Source: Catajapyx aquilonaris (lineage: Eukaryota). From it: a DNA stretch of 64,000 nucleotides. The notes beneath the pieces were generated by a model, which was not told where the DNA came from, ran no database searches, and worked only from the letters and a program-made list of their open reading frames with translations. Below, one piece after another: positions 1-14,483 of this stretch. Both the position numbers and the translations under genes were made by a program. The first letter of the stretch is position 1. Each line of letters opens with the position of its first letter. The DNA is taken from the NCBI GenBank assembly GCA_000934665.2, contig KZ538079.1, forward strand, positions 62,001 to 126,000. The letters are read 5' to 3'.

Positions 1-3000
1 TCATGCTTTTAAAAGCTGGAGAGATATGTGTGTGTTGTTGGTGTTGAGGGTTTTTTTTTGGTGAAGAACCAGCTCTCCTAAGAGTCCCTGACCCTGGCCT
101 TGCGTGACCAAAGGCTGGAGGGGGCAGGCGTGGCCTCTAAAACTTCGCATCATAACTGACCATGTGGTCACTTTGAAATGCCACAGCTGGAGGACATAAC
201 CTGCCCCTACAATTTTAAAACGGAGCAGCCCAAGATATGTTAATATATTTTTCAAATGTTAACGACCGACATTATGGCGTGCAAAAATGGATGTTCTAGT
301 GACCCAAGCTGCGAGATTAGTAGCAGAAGAAAAATAAGGTGCCATATGTTGTCCGAGGCTTCCGGGTCAGTGATGAAAGGACACTTCCAAATGTATGCTT
401 CGCGTGCCCTAATATCTTGAGGTGTAAAAATGCGAATTACACGTAGAAAAAGGGAAAGCTAAAATTGCAAAATTTGCAAAGGTAATTTGTAATTTCAAGT
501 AATGTCAATCGGCTAACGATTGAAATAAGTATGAATTTGCGGTATGTTTGACCCTACATCAGCGCAAATTAGCGAATTTGTAATACATAATGACACCTAA
601 TGGAAGATTTCACTCATTTGTTTTCATGCAACCAGCTCGATAATATTGCGAAATATATAAAAATTGTGATAAGTTTCAAATGTTGGCAATGGTAAATGGT
701 ACTGTACGTCGGCGTCTAATTTTATATTGATCGGAGAGGTGCATTCTAAAAATTGTGTACAATTAAACCGATGCTGCTCGATAACAATCAAAATAATAGT
801 CGATATTTTGGCGATTATTATACTCGTATTTAAGACAAGTGCACTTTTTCTATCAGTTGCAGATTATTGTTATTGCAATAACGGATTTCGTTTCATTTTC
901 TGAGCCGGTGGGCGAAACTTGCGATTTTTTTTTTTTTCGCGGAGTATACCTGAAGAAAGGTGTGGTGTAGGCGAGGACTGACCATGCAGGTCTTTCTGGC
1001 ACCCACACTAGGGCCCGCACACGCCTCGGGTGACCACGAGGCGTAAAGGGACGCGGAACTGGGAAGGTCAACTTTGTGCCAAGGACCAACCGTTACCCTC
1101 CCTTTCGCGAATTGATCAAAAAAAATTGCAACATTTGGCACGGGTGGGTATGCATATTTCCACTTAATTTTCTACAGTATTCTACGGTATACAACCGACG
1201 CCCCACTTTTTTTTTAAACAAATCCAAAAATCTGTCATTGCGCCACTTCCAATATTTACCACGCCAGAGGGCATCGTTACCCAAAATGTCTCGTAAATTA
1301 TGAACTGGTTCGCCTCAATTATCAGATTTATTAGACCAAATGGAGAAGCGTGGATTTTACCCCTCCAGTAATTGGCCACCGAATGAGCGACCTCGCTCCA
1401 GATGTGTTTTCTTGTTTGCCCTCAAGCCAACCAATTCCCAAGGTGTGTGTGTGTGTGTGTTTTGGCGAAAAAGAAGTAGGCAACATTTAATCCTTGCTAA
1501 AAATTGACACGCACCGTTTCGCAACGTCGCTTTGAGATACCGTATGGCATGAATGGCGTTGCGAAAAAAAAATGCAAAAATCCTCTCTCTGCAACACCTG
1601 CACCCACACTACGTTTGTGTGTGTAATCCCCTGGACAGTAATCGCCTGTAACTCCGTCTGAGTGCATCTCCCAATTGCTGGTACCAGGCTCGTATATCAC
1701 TCTTCAGAGGCGCCTATCGAGAAAGAGATAGACCTGTTTTGTCAGTGCGTGTTGGTTGTAAGGACAAGACATGGGATCGTAGTCATGTCGGTGCTTTACG
1801 ACCGCCTGTTTTGTTGCCCGTGTCGTTGTCCGAACCTGGCTCAACTGGCAGCGACCTTCAGGTATTATGTCACCTCCTCTCTTTTTTTGTAAATATGGCC
1901 GCCATGACAGTTTAGGGCATTCACGTGATGCCAATGGCAAGGTGGCAACGTTGCTTTGAATGAATCTTGGGTGCGGTGTTTTTCCCAATGCAAAAGAATC
2001 ACCCTCCCATTTCCTCCAGGGCTTCATTCGGGGTGGGGAACAACAATGTGACGAGTTTGTCAAGCTTGGGCGTACACTATTTTTACCCCATTCAAAACTG
2101 GCCAAAAAAAACCACCTTACCATCTATGCCCATTATTAACAAATAAAATGTTGGCCGATTCGCAAAAGCCCTGCAGAAATTACACGGCAACGTGGGCGAT
2201 TAATTGCTTCATTACAAAGTCCGATGTGTCAGACTTGGATAGATGGCAGTCAGGCTCGGCAACTTTGGACGAATCAAACCGTAAAGCGATTTCTGCAATA
2301 ATGGGGGAGTTCGTATAAAGCCATGAAGGTCAGCAGAACAGTGAGTTAACACGTGAGTTATGTATGCAATGGTCACGCCTCAAGAAGCAGCAATCGGAGG
2401 ACCATGGAATTCAAGGCCTGTTCCTATACTCTGTACAGAAGGCTTTTTTTTAGGGGAAAACTTGAGCAGGGGGGGTAATCTCAAGCTAACTTACGTTGTG
2501 CACATCGAGGGGAGGGGAAAGTTTAAGATGTCCATTTAAATTCCACTCGAGACGGTGCAACGAGGAAGTAGCAGGTTGCCAGCTGTTTTCGCCAAGTGGT
2601 GCTTAAAAAGTGCTGGAGAGCTCAGGAGATGGCCATTATGCCAAAGTGGCAAAAATTTTGGGAGGAGAATGCAACAAAAAAACGAAGGGTTGGAATGTAA
2701 TAGGCCATTGTTAGACTAGAGAGTGATGAGAATAGGCCCAGTTGGGTTGGAGAAAAACGGATATAGTTAAATATTTTTGAGTGATTCGCTGAATAATCGC
2801 AATATGCTTTTCGGTGAATATTTTTGGCTACATGCGTATACGATCATGATAAAATTGATGGCAAATAATTAGTCGGCGCAATGGCAATAGTTTTAACAAC
2901 CAATTAGTAGGAATCCAGGGCTTGAAATAAATTAGAGTGCAAAATATGTGTATTGTTTTGGAGAATAGAAAAAAATTCAGGTCGTTAACAAGCCCCGCCG

Positions 3001-4145
3001 GTGTCATTTTCACAAGTAAAGCGGCGCAATTTTGCAATGATTTTTTTTTAAACTTTGCCAAGGGAATTTTTCCCCCTGCATTGTATAAGCTCTAGTGAAG
3101 GGAAGGAAAAAAATAGTTTTTCTCAACATGTATAATGAGTTGCAATCACGCATGCCTTGAAAGGCAAGCAGTATCCTAGTTTTTTTTGTCTCTTTTTCAT
3201 TTTTTTTTTTGGTTTGTCTGCATTGCCTTGCCAGTTTTTGTCACGCTTTGTTATGCTTCGTAACTGTACGCCTTCAGTGAATGTGAGTGATTCACACATT
3301 TGGGAGACGCTGATAATGACGTTGTTTACACGATATCCCAATCCCTCCAGCATTTATTTATCGGCTAAAGAAACCGGGAACGTGACGAAAGCAACTTATC
3401 CAGAGCAGCTTTTAGCCATTACATTTTGTAATCAAATCAGACCACGTGTCCTCATTTCAAATTGTAAAATTTGATACGGATTCACTGTTTGATTAGAGTA
3501 CTCTCATTTGAATGAAATTGCGAATAATTTAATTTTGAAAATTTTTATGATTAATGAGTGATTGATCATGTTAACTAGGTTGGAATGAAGTAGGTTGAAA
3601 CTAAGTCATACGAAAACTCACTATTTCAGTTGGGGAAAGAGCGGAAAAATCCCAACCGAAAAAAAAAAAAACAATTTTGAGAGTAAATAGTGCGCTGAAT
3701 GCTCTCTCAAAAAATGACTGTACTTCGTCACAAATCCAGGTGCGGTCCACTTTACTCCCAAAATAAATTTCCTGCCACCAACAAACCTCCCAATTCCATC
3801 CCCCCTCTAAAAAAAATCTGACCCAATGCAATGAATTATCGGGCCGGACAGAACGATTAGCAGGCCACAATGGGCCGGAAAAAGTCTTTGCGGTCACCCA
3901 TAGAAAACCGGGTCCCCCAATTTTTTTTTAAAGCGAAACCGTTCCGATGGTCAGCAGCAATTAATAATGCGGCTTCGATTCGGATTGGTACGCCCTGTGT
4001 GAATGAGTATAAGGGTCAAGCTTCAGATAAGTGTGAGAGACCCGGTTGATACATAATGTATGCGCCGTCATGCTTCCATTGCGGTGCATTAACTGGGTGT
4101 AGGGGAATCTATCTTAGAAGGAGGGGGAAAACTGCCCCCCCCCCC

Positions 4146-4335
4146 NNNNNNNNNNNNNNNNNNNNNNNNNNNNNNNNNNNNNNNNNNNNNNNNNNNNNNN
4201 NNNNNNNNNNNNNNNNNNNNNNNNNNNNNNNNNNNNNNNNNNNNNNNNNNNNNNNNNNNNNNNNNNNNNNNNNNNNNNNNNNNNNNNNNNNNNNNNNNNN
4301 NNNNNNNNNNNNNNNNNNNNNNNNNNNNNNNNNNN
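4146..4335. other. Assembly gap (190 N) between poly-C tracts
   Basis: N run flanked by C homopolymers. Confidence 0.99.
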
Positions 4336-6050
4336 CCCCCCCCCCCCCCCCCTTTCCTCTTGAACCGGCCGGCCAGTTTAATTCGGTTAGAATTGACTTG
4401 CTCAAGAATGGGGAGCTTGTACTCGTTCCAAGTGGCTGCAACTTCATCCCGTAGTTCCATCCCCATTAGATATAGCTGCTGGATGAAACTAATTTGAATG
4501 ACACACTCTCTCGTACTATGGGTCAGGAATTATGCGCGGATTTTATGGGTTATGACAGGCAAAATGGGGGGTTTTGCAATGGGTTATGGCATTCAGAACC
4601 AGTTTGGTGTTGGGACTCGGTAGTAATGTGTGTGACCCCCCCGGGTAATGTATGTGAATTCATCCGGAGACGAATTGTTTGAGGGTACAGTATACTGTAC
4701 TGAAAAAATAAATTGTGGCGATAATATTATTTTTCTGGAGAGTCGCCGCGTTAATCTGACTTAAAGGCAAGAAATTATAGGAACGCCTCTGCCCGTCTTA
4801 ATAGCTCTTCATAATGCCACTTTAGTGCGACACACAGCAATTAAAGCCTCTTAATTGCACCAAAGACGCCCCCATAAATATCCAGTAATGACATCATAAT
4901 CCTCTCGAGTATTTAACATAAAAATTCAAGAGGGTTTTGTCGTCTTATGCGAAAATTGGTAGGCATTTTCCCCCCCCAGAAGACATTTTGAAAAATTGCG
5001 TCCAATTTTGCACGGTTCTAGTTTGAAGGCCGGCACGTCCACGAAATTTTTCAGATCCCTTCCCGATAAAAAGAACCGGCGGCAAATTGAATTCCTTCTT
5101 TTGCGGAAGGGCGCAAAAGAACCGGCCTGTATTTTTTGTGTGGATCTCAACCAAAAAGATTGTGGCGCCCCTGTTTTTTTTCTTCTGGACCTTTAAAGAC
5201 CATTCTCTGGAGACTTGATGTGTGTCAGGCGGCTATAAGAAAAGGAGAGGACCTCAGCGGGAACGGAAATTGTTTACCTTCGGTTGTTGACGTTGTTGAC
5301 ACTCCAGGTTTGGTCATTTGGTATTTTTGGAGAGCTGTCTTTTGATGGTCTAGGCACGTTTTGGTCGATTTTTAGACTCGAGTTAGTTAGGGGAAGTGAA
5401 ATATGGGGAGTAGTTAAGGTTGAAGGTGACGTTGATTAAGTTTGGTCGTGAATGCGGGTTATTGCACCGTTTTTTTTGCTAGTTCCGGTGTTGTTGGCTT
5501 CCTGTCCTATAAAATGCAGTAAAATTTTTAACGTTTCAAAATCAGTAGTGATGGTTAAAAATTCCTAGAATTTATCGATTCCGATATCAGTAGTCATAAA
5601 CAGGATCTGTCTGTACCAGCCTGAATATTTTTTTTCTTCTCAATTTGACCCCGGATCCATCGCTTGGATTTGTCAGTTTCGGTCAGGCGAATCCCGGAAG
5701 CTTATGTCTGCCATTGTCATATACTGCTTCAGGAGAAAAAAAAAAGTAGCAGTGAAGAATAAGGATCAAGCTCGGACCGAGAGCACTTCATCCTCTCGGA
5801 AACAGAAAGGACCAGGGATCGCATCACCGGGTTCGGACAGCCAAACAAAAATGTCTCTAGAGATATTTCATCTCCAGACGACAAAAAAATGAGCAGTCGA
5901 AAGACCGCTCACCCAAACGGAGCTTTTTGATTGATGTTGCAAAGGATTTGAATGCGGGCTAATCACGGCCGAATAACTGATGGAGTGTACGGAACTTGCA
6001 TTGTCAAGCCAGGCTAGGGTGGTGTGCTGAAAATAATGTCGTGCCGGATA

Positions 6051-6284
6051 TTTAGCCAATAGCAGAGGTCATCTTGCCTTTTAGCTAATAGCGTGCTACG
6101 TACTTCCTTTCAACCAATAGTGAACGCTGTTACATCCTGTCAGCCAATAGCTTCCCACGTTCTTCATTACAACCAATAGTGAACGACTTTATATGCTAGC
6201 CTGCCTATAGCCAATAGCTGACCGCGTAACAGCCTCTCTTAGCCGATAGCCTGCGACGTCACAGTCTGTCTATCAACCAATAGC
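6051..6284 (+). promoter_or_regulatory. Phased tandem array of 8 CCAAT (NF-Y-type) boxes
   Basis: Motif (T/C)A(G/A)CCAATAG(C/T) with cores at 6056, 6085 (CTAAT), 6114, 6144, 6173, 6211, 6243 (CCGAT) and 6277; spacing 29-38 bp, all in the same orientation. Confidence 0.6.
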
Positions 6285-9200
6285 TCACAGCTCCTTTCCC
6301 TGTAGAGCCATAAACCGCGGTCTTTCCAAGCCATTACATCAAGACCACAATGTGCACCGCTATACACGGGTGATGACCCATTTCCGCGTTCATTTCTCGC
6401 ACGCTTTTTGTTGATTCAATTGCGCGTGGGTTCTAGACAACTAGGAGAGAAAGCTCCTCTCGACCCCTTCAGGTCATTGTTTTTTGGACGTCTGCTGAGA
6501 AAACCAATGAATGATTGTGTGTACTGCCTACATGTAACATACAGAAGTCTCATCGGTGGGGATATGTCAAGGGGACTGTGGCTTTCTCTATAGTTTGATG
6601 AACGGCCTGTATTGTTTGTGGGGTACCAGGTTCTCCCCCAAAAACTGGGCAGAAGTCCCTGGGTCGTTGCAACCTTACACCGACACAACATGTATAAGAA
6701 AAAACCCGATTTTCCCAATGCTCCCCTTTTCTATTCGCAATGGCAAAAGGCGGGCTGATATCTAGGGCTAGTCCACTGGAATGGCGGTCTTTTGCTGCCT
6801 ATCCCTTTTCCTTTTATCATGCCAAGTACGGGGGTTGGGCCTTCTTCTTCTTCTTTTTGGGTGGGGGTTTTGCAGCTGCAGCTTTTTGGGGATGGTAGGA
6901 ACCAAAAGGGGGAAGCAGCTACTCGACAAAAGAAAAGAAAAAGCAGATCGAGACTGTTTTGTGAAGGCTTTTGCTGGGACCCCCTCTTCTCCTGTCCTGG
7001 ATCCTTCCTCTTCAAGAAGGATTCAGTTTCTGTTCATTTGGGCCTGATGGCTTTGGAAAGAACACTTGGTCGAGTCGACGCCAATTAGTTGGCACAGTGG
7101 GCATATGTGAAAAGGGGAGGTTGGGAGCATTCATGTTGTGACAAGTCTTGCTCGCTGGCCAATAAGAGAAGGCCGTTAGGGACCACCAAACGCGACCTAA
7201 AGTGGTTCCGTTATTTTGGCAATGCTATGGAAATGATATGCCCAGATGCGTGGACCCCACCAACCAAAGATGGACCTCTTCCGGAGGATGTTCCAAAAGT
7301 GAAGTGACTCATGTGTAACGAGCAAGTTGCAAGAACAGTAAAATAATGCGACGAAATAATTTATTAAGAGTTGAAGCCATGCACTGTTCAGCAAAATATC
7401 CAAACTGACTATTAAAAATTAACTGCAGTTTAAATCAGTTGATATGGCGCGTTAAACTGTCGTTGAAAAGGTTTTAAGTATTTAATGGGATTTAAATCAT
7501 TGTGTACACTGGTCAATCTGTGGTTGTCCAAGTTGGACTATAAACATAATTTATTTTCTCACGAAGGGTGCATCGCCACCAATTTTTACAGTGGCCTGAA
7601 GCAGTTTTTTTAAATGAAAATTGGGCTCGTCCCCCCCTATAATATAGTTCAGGTTCTTCCTTGGTCATTTGCCTCTCAGATGACCTCTTCGATGGGTACT
7701 GACCGGGAACTGTGCCATAAAAGGAAGCGATGGCAGCAGATGGACACTTTTGCGGAGGAGGTTTTGCATGTTTCTGGACCCCGACTCTAATAGAGTGTAT
7801 GATTACAGCCGGAGATGGTTTATGGACCAGCAGTACAATTTGCATTCGTAATACAATTTTTTTTTCGGGGCTTTAAACCCACTCGTTTCGTAAGATCTGC
7901 CTGGGAGCACTAAACATGACTCGCCTGTTGCCCGTGGCCATGGCGATATATTTTATTAAAGCGGGACCACGTATACCTAAATTGAATTTAAAGGCACGGA
8001 ATTGAAACGTGCGATACATATACAAAACATGATGATTCAACCCTCCATTTTTAACGGGAAGGGTCATCTTTGTTTGCAAATTTTTTTTTAACATCCTAAA
8101 TATTCATCGAGGAAAATATGCATCGGTGTCATGAGGATTTGGAAACATGCCTTGTATATAGAACCTTGACTAGATTTTTTTGTTTTTTGTATGTATCTAT
8201 CTGATGTTTAAGTGTGCAAAGGTCCGTCGCCTGAAGCTGCCTGCCAAGGTTATATTGATACAAGCCGAATGACGTAATTTTTCGGGGGGATAAAATATAC
8301 CTTTGGAGCGATGGGATTGACTCATCAGGGCTGCCTGGAGCCTGACCTTTACGTGCAGGTCCAAGAACGCCCGGGTGTAATTTATTTGCCACAAATGCAC
8401 GTTATTAATTAAGTGGAAATTTATGGGAATAGGTCCCATGCAACAGCGCGAGGAAAAGTCTTGGAGGTGAAAACCGGTGAATTTTGGGCACAAATATTGA
8501 CGAAACTTGTTGGGCATGTTCAGGTAATTATTGCTTAAAAATTGAGCAATTGTGTGCTCTTGGTGTGTCTGGCCAGAATATATTTTTTGTTGAAACTGTT
8601 GGCCAAACATTTTGTAACTCTGAGCTTGTGCATACGAGTATGTACAGTATTATGTATTATACGAATAAAAATGTATATTTTTGTTAAAGTAATGGTTAAA
8701 TAATTGTACCAGGAAGAATTTCTTCTGGTCTAGTGTTAACCTGGTGTTATTCCAAGTCAGAAATTAAGAGGCCTTCGGAGTGCAAAAAATTGATATCTAA
8801 GCCCAAAAAAATTCAATAATGTTATTTCAAGCCTGTAAAGTGCGGAAATGAATGGTGCATGTTATTTTTATTCCAAGGTCACTTTGTTTTTTTAATCGAG
8901 TTTATTTGTACCATAAAAGCGTTTACAAGGACAGCCAAAAATGAATTTAAGAATATTATTGGCATGTGGAAATTGCAGTCAACTTGATTTAATTCTGGTA
9001 ATTAATTCGTGTCTGTTTAAATGCATTTAAAATATTTTACCTTGTCAGATAGTTTACTTGGTTTTTAATGAATAAATTGGGATTAAAAGCTTACTTTTTG
9101 GTAGCAGGTGCAGTCAACAAGGTTTGTGTGAGAATTATTATTGGCGGAAGTAATTTTGCAAAATTTTTGCGCCTTTTCAGAATACGTGCACTAGAAATGC

Positions 9201-12200
9201 CCCGAGTTACCCCTCCATTACCGTAACAAATTGCGAACTTACGGAGCTGCCTGCATTTCATTGTTGCCATTTTGATGAACCATCCGTCGGCGTCCTTGCA
9301 TATAACGGACCTATGATTTCCATGCGTTCCTGCCAAATAATTTTTTTCCGCCCAAAAAAATTTGCTTAACAGCAGCATACATTCTCGAGGTCATCATCCT
9401 CCTTACCTTCCTTCCTTTTGACTACGTGATCGCATAATAACATTGCCTTCGACCCTAGGCTACTTGCCATTGTTCGGCTGTCCCACTTGTCCTGTCCATC
9501 TTAGACCCAACAGCCCTCCCAAAAATCTCTCTTTTTGCTGACGGCCCTTTTCAGCCCCCTTTTTGTATTGTCCTAACCGCTTCTTCTGTCGGTTGTATGT
9601 CCGCCAGGTGTCCATCTCGGACGTCCCCAATATTGAGCCTAACTAGTCATCGCCCCAATGAATGCCTGCCACTCCAGAAATTTTTGCACGTCACTTTTTC
9701 GACCGAATTGTAAACCGTGAGAGTGAGTTTTGACAGGTGAAAGTAATTTTTCCGGACCAGGGTTGAATGAATGTGTGTGTGTGGGTATTCCATACATTTG
9801 GGGAAGGGGGGAAGAAGTTGTTGACATTTGGATGTGTAGATTGTTCAGGTAAAAGCATGGTGGCCTAATATTGTGGCTCAGGTATCATCTTTTGTCTTAT
9901 AAAGTTCACAAGGCGGTATGGCGTGTTTCGTCTGCGAATATAACAAGTTTGGATACAAAGTTTTGCACGTCATTACAGTGTGGGCCTGGCTAACTGATAC
10001 ATCTTACGGTACACCGGGGCGCCTGAAAATTGTAACCTACCAAATGAGGATCTGGTTAGGCTACTTCTTCTTGAAAGTAACTATACGTACAGTGTACTTC
10101 GCAACATTATGCGAGTCCCTATCTGGCACGATTTGCAGCTTCCTACACATGCCATATGCCCAAGTCTTACTGTGTCTCAACATGTGACCGCCATGACAGT
10201 TTAGTGCATATCTTTGTACGTAAATAGGTTTGAGACTTTGGCAGTGCACCACCCTGTAATAGTATAATTTAATTTGTCAATATCCGGCCATCTTTGTGTG
10301 CTTGATTTACAGTCACCATTATTCAGGCGGACACGCTTATTCCGCCCACAACATCTCAACACTTCCCAAATATGTCTTCGGATCAGTGTCGCCTGATGCT
10401 TTGGGGGGAATAGACTTGGGAGATTGGAAAGATAAATGGATTACTAAAGATAGTCGAGTGTGGCCAAATAGCCCCGGGGCCGATGGCCCTCGAGCGATCC
10501 ACATATGTCTGGAGAGAAAGTGAAGCCTTGAAGGTGTGTTTCGAGCATGAGAACAGGGACAATTGACGCCGTGAGAAAGAGGATGCGGGTCACGAGATTG
10601 GTGCGGGAAAGAACTGGTTTCATGGAAATATGTATATATAAGTGAAGTACCGGCTTGGTTTCGTACCCGGCTGCTCATACCCGAACGATGCAAAATAATT
10701 TAGCCGGCAGCAAAATAATATGCAAATAAGCGCGTTATTTAGTCACAAAGCAGGTCACAAAAGACGCCGCATGATTTGTTGTCCGGACGTACCCTTATCA
10801 AAGAATTGAGTTACGAGGCCCATTCGGCCTAGGTGGCACATTCATAAATTTATAAGAAGAAGCAAGAGAGGGTAGAAACGATATTATCATTGGAGCGAGA
10901 CTTAACGAAGAGTTATTGCACCGACGTCTTTTTTGGCGCAACCTTTTTTTCATATAACACCGTTTGGCTCCTGGGTATATCTGGCCTGAAATTTCTTTTC
11001 GTGCTTGGACCACCCCCGAATTTGCCATGTTTTAATCAGGACGTCCCAAACAATTACGTGGGCAGGCGATTTGTTATGGTCCGCATACCAGGAAGTACAT
11101 TATGTCATTGGAAACTTCCGGCTTGTTTCGAGCATTGCCTGGTTAATCGCTGGGTGATCAATGGCCAGTTGGGAACCAGGGTTATTCATTGCGATAATTA
11201 TTTTGAAGCTGGCAGATGTGTGTGTGTGTGCGCGGGTGCGTTCACTTTACGGTGTCTATTGCTCATGATTAATATTCAGAAGGTGCCATTGACCCGTATT
11301 AGTTATGGCAGTAAAGCTACTCACACCCTGAAGGACTTGGTGTGAAATTGTCCAGAAATTTGTATAGTTTCCTAATGTTTATTTTTTTAATTGCGTGTAA
11401 ATAATTTAGTATTTTGAGGCTTGGCTGCTGGGACACCGTCCTGTGTGTGCAACAGCTCTAATTATACGTGCTCTGAGGCCAAAAGCTCCAAGGTAAATTT
11501 CTCATAGCACCGTGATTTTTATACAACAAGTTCACCCCCCCCCCCTCTTCCCTGGTTAAATGTACCAAAAGCCTTGTTGTAAATAATGTAATAGGCACTG
11601 AATTGCTAATCAGGGATCCGTTATGAAGAGTGACACGGTCGTTTTCCGCAGGACACGTCGACTTGATGCACTATTTAAAGCGGAGTTTCCGGCAGAGAAA
11701 GCTTGAATAATTAAAGCGACATCAGAAGAGCTATAGTTCGTTTAAAAAAAGTTTTCACCGCCTGCGTTTTTTATACCATCATGTTATGTCCCGCACCACT
11801 TTCGCTTTAACCTCTTGGGATACACTTTTTTTTTAAAATAATCATAACCTGGGAGAATATTATGACCCATACCTTGAGACGAACGTAACCTCCGTTCACA
11901 TGCGGCGAAAAATGAAAAGGAGTAAAATTCGAGCGGAAGTACGGACCTGGCTTGATCTCATTTCCGGAAACGAAAAGTGAAACCTATATAATAGTGTTTC
12001 GTAATGATTAACGTCCTGGGGGGTCAATTGTTGTCCAGAACTTGTTACCGAAATAATTATTCAGACCGTGAATTCAATTCAGGTGTCGGTTTTAATCAGC
12101 GGTTTTTTTGGGGTACAATGCAATGTATACTTTCAGGGCCGATTGCATGAGCACAAATTAAGGAGAAACTCTGCGATTATGTCGTTGTATTGTGAATATA

Positions 12201-12547
12201 CCGCTGTACGTAATTTTTCATCGTAATAATGTGCCACGCATTTGTACAGAATTTTCTCAGCCTTACATCTGCAGAGCTTTTATGAGACACTCTGTACACA
12301 GATGGTGTCACGTACAGTTTGCAGCGTTTTTCTCCTGGCCTGGTATTTAGGAAACGTTTCGATCGTGCCTGCTTCTTCATACCGGGCTGATTTTGGTATC
12401 TTGGGATCCGAGAGATGATCGGAATCCAATATCGAATTCTGCTTTCTCTCTCTAAGCTGGATTGGGAAAGGGCAAGGAACGTATAGGCCCCCTTCTTCTT
12501 TACACTTCTCTGGAGGAGGATGCTGGGTCACGGCAGCCTATCGGGTT

Positions 12548-12573
12548 TGTGTGTGTGTGTGTGTGTGTGTGTG
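12548..12573. repeat. (TG)n microsatellite
   Basis: Visible TG run. Confidence 0.9.
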
Positions 12574-14483
12574 CGCGAAAATATTTCATCCATGGCCCCA
12601 GCATCAGAGATCGTGAGTTCATGTGATGGACCGGATTCTCCAAGTCTTCGGGTTTTGGGGATGGGGGGCAAGGAAATTTCCCACGGGGATAATAGTGTGC
12701 ATGGGGGGCATTCAGGGGGGGGATTTTCTGCCAGGATACATCCCAGAATGAATGCGGTCACATTTGACCCCGACTCCTGACCCGAACGCGATTGGAAAAA
12801 TATTTTCAATTTCAGGACCAAATTGCAGATCATTCCAGTGGAAGTGGCCTTTTATTGCATTTAGCTACTTGGGTGTTAAAGAGCTACTCCTAGAGGTTAT
12901 CGATAGTAGCTTAAATATTAATGTTATTAAATGAATAAATAATGGAACAAACTCCGTAACATTTAATGCATTATTATTTACATATTAGTGATTAGTATAT
13001 TAATAAGAGCACGATGAAAACGTCAACAACATGAATAGCATATCAATTATGTACTAATAAAAATATGAGTACATATTAGCATATCACTAGTATGATTATT
13101 CATCAAAACATTACCTTCTAATATTTATAGCATTTAAAAATAAATGCTTAGTGCCAAAAATCTCTGACTAGTGTCGGAAATGACATAATGTGTATTTTTT
13201 CAAAATTGTGCTTTGGACATTAATATAAATTGTTTCCTCCTCCCCACCCCCTCTCTGGTATTCCTATATTGCACCTTTGCAAAGGATCTACGATTCACAA
13301 CGAAGTATGCCTGTAAAATATTTGGCCACCAAATATTGAACGCACAAATGCAAACAAGGACCGTAATGCATCCGGCAATGAAATATTAAATTAGCAAATA
13401 TTTGGCAGCCAAATTGGTGCATTTAAATGCACTTAGCATCAGTAAAACATTAAATTGCCCGCATTGCCGTATTGATGGCGAGCAACTTTCCTAAAAACTA
13501 ATGCAATCATGGTCGGTTCAACTGCTACATTTTCACGCCAAAACCCGTGTTTTTTCCCCTCCACCTCTGGGTTGGCTCCTTCAGCACATTTATAGAGACA
13601 AATGGCCCATCGCTGCTAAACCAACAGGGCATTAATATTACCTCGCAGTTCAGCTCCAATCCTATAATTCACCCCCATCCCTTCTTTTCCACCTCCTGGG
13701 AGAGAAAATCTTCAAGAGGGTACAAATGACCCCCAGCGGAGACTACTTTAACCCGGTTTTCACTGCAAATTGCCTGTCAGTGCTGCCCTCTGGCCACATC
13801 CTCCAGAAAGCGGGGTTCTATTCCGGCAAGCTTGCACCGGAGGCTGGGAGAAGCCTGTTAATGAGCTTATTAGAGTCGGACAACATCTGGGCTTAGGTTG
13901 CAATTAAGAACCTCGCATGACAACGCGGGTTATCAAGGCGCCCCATTAAGCAGACTACTCTCAGGATGGAATTGCCGCCAGCAGGCGTGGTTATGCAAGA
14001 AAATAGCCAATCGGCCCAGTGACCTGGTGTTAATCAAGGGGTTAGGGAAGGTGGTGTATAAACTGACAGTTCAAAGTAATTATATTTACTGTCACATCTG
14101 AGTTTTATGTATTTTTTTAATTATTATTACCGTACCTTGCGTCTTATTCGACTACTTTCTTCACATAGAAATCATATTGGGTGTTTGTCCAGGGTGAGTC
14201 ATCACCTTCGCTCAGATAGGTGTAGGCTATGCAGTGCGACTACCCCTCACTCTACCCTGAGAGTGGCAGTAGTGTGATTTATAGATAATTGCAGTTAATT
14301 CAGATCGTCCCCAACAGGTGTCTCCAGGGTGGGCGACACTAGCGACGCTCTGCATTTCATATTGCGAACTTCTTCGCGAATCTTGCACATACCAACAAAC
14401 CGTTACGTGATTGATTTATTGCACGGTTTATGCGTGCTGGCGAAATGCATAAGCGCACACACACTATATACAATTTCCGCATG

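Noticed and set aside
4056..4466. ORFs spanning the N run
   Set aside because: Artefacts of the assembly gap and poly-C flanks.
6051..6284. CRISPR-like repeat-spacer appearance
   Set aside because: Eukaryotic context, repeat only ~12 bp and degenerate, spacers 16-25 bp and partly duplicated, no cas genes.
7228..7309. MEMICPDAW...PKV with a phase-2 AA|GTGACT donor
   Set aside because: Weak donor and no supporting promoter features; indistinguishable from chance.
12592..12618. ATG...ATC|GTGAGT as another first exon
   Set aside because: Donor is phase 0, incompatible with the phase-2 constant exons; at most a noncoding exon.
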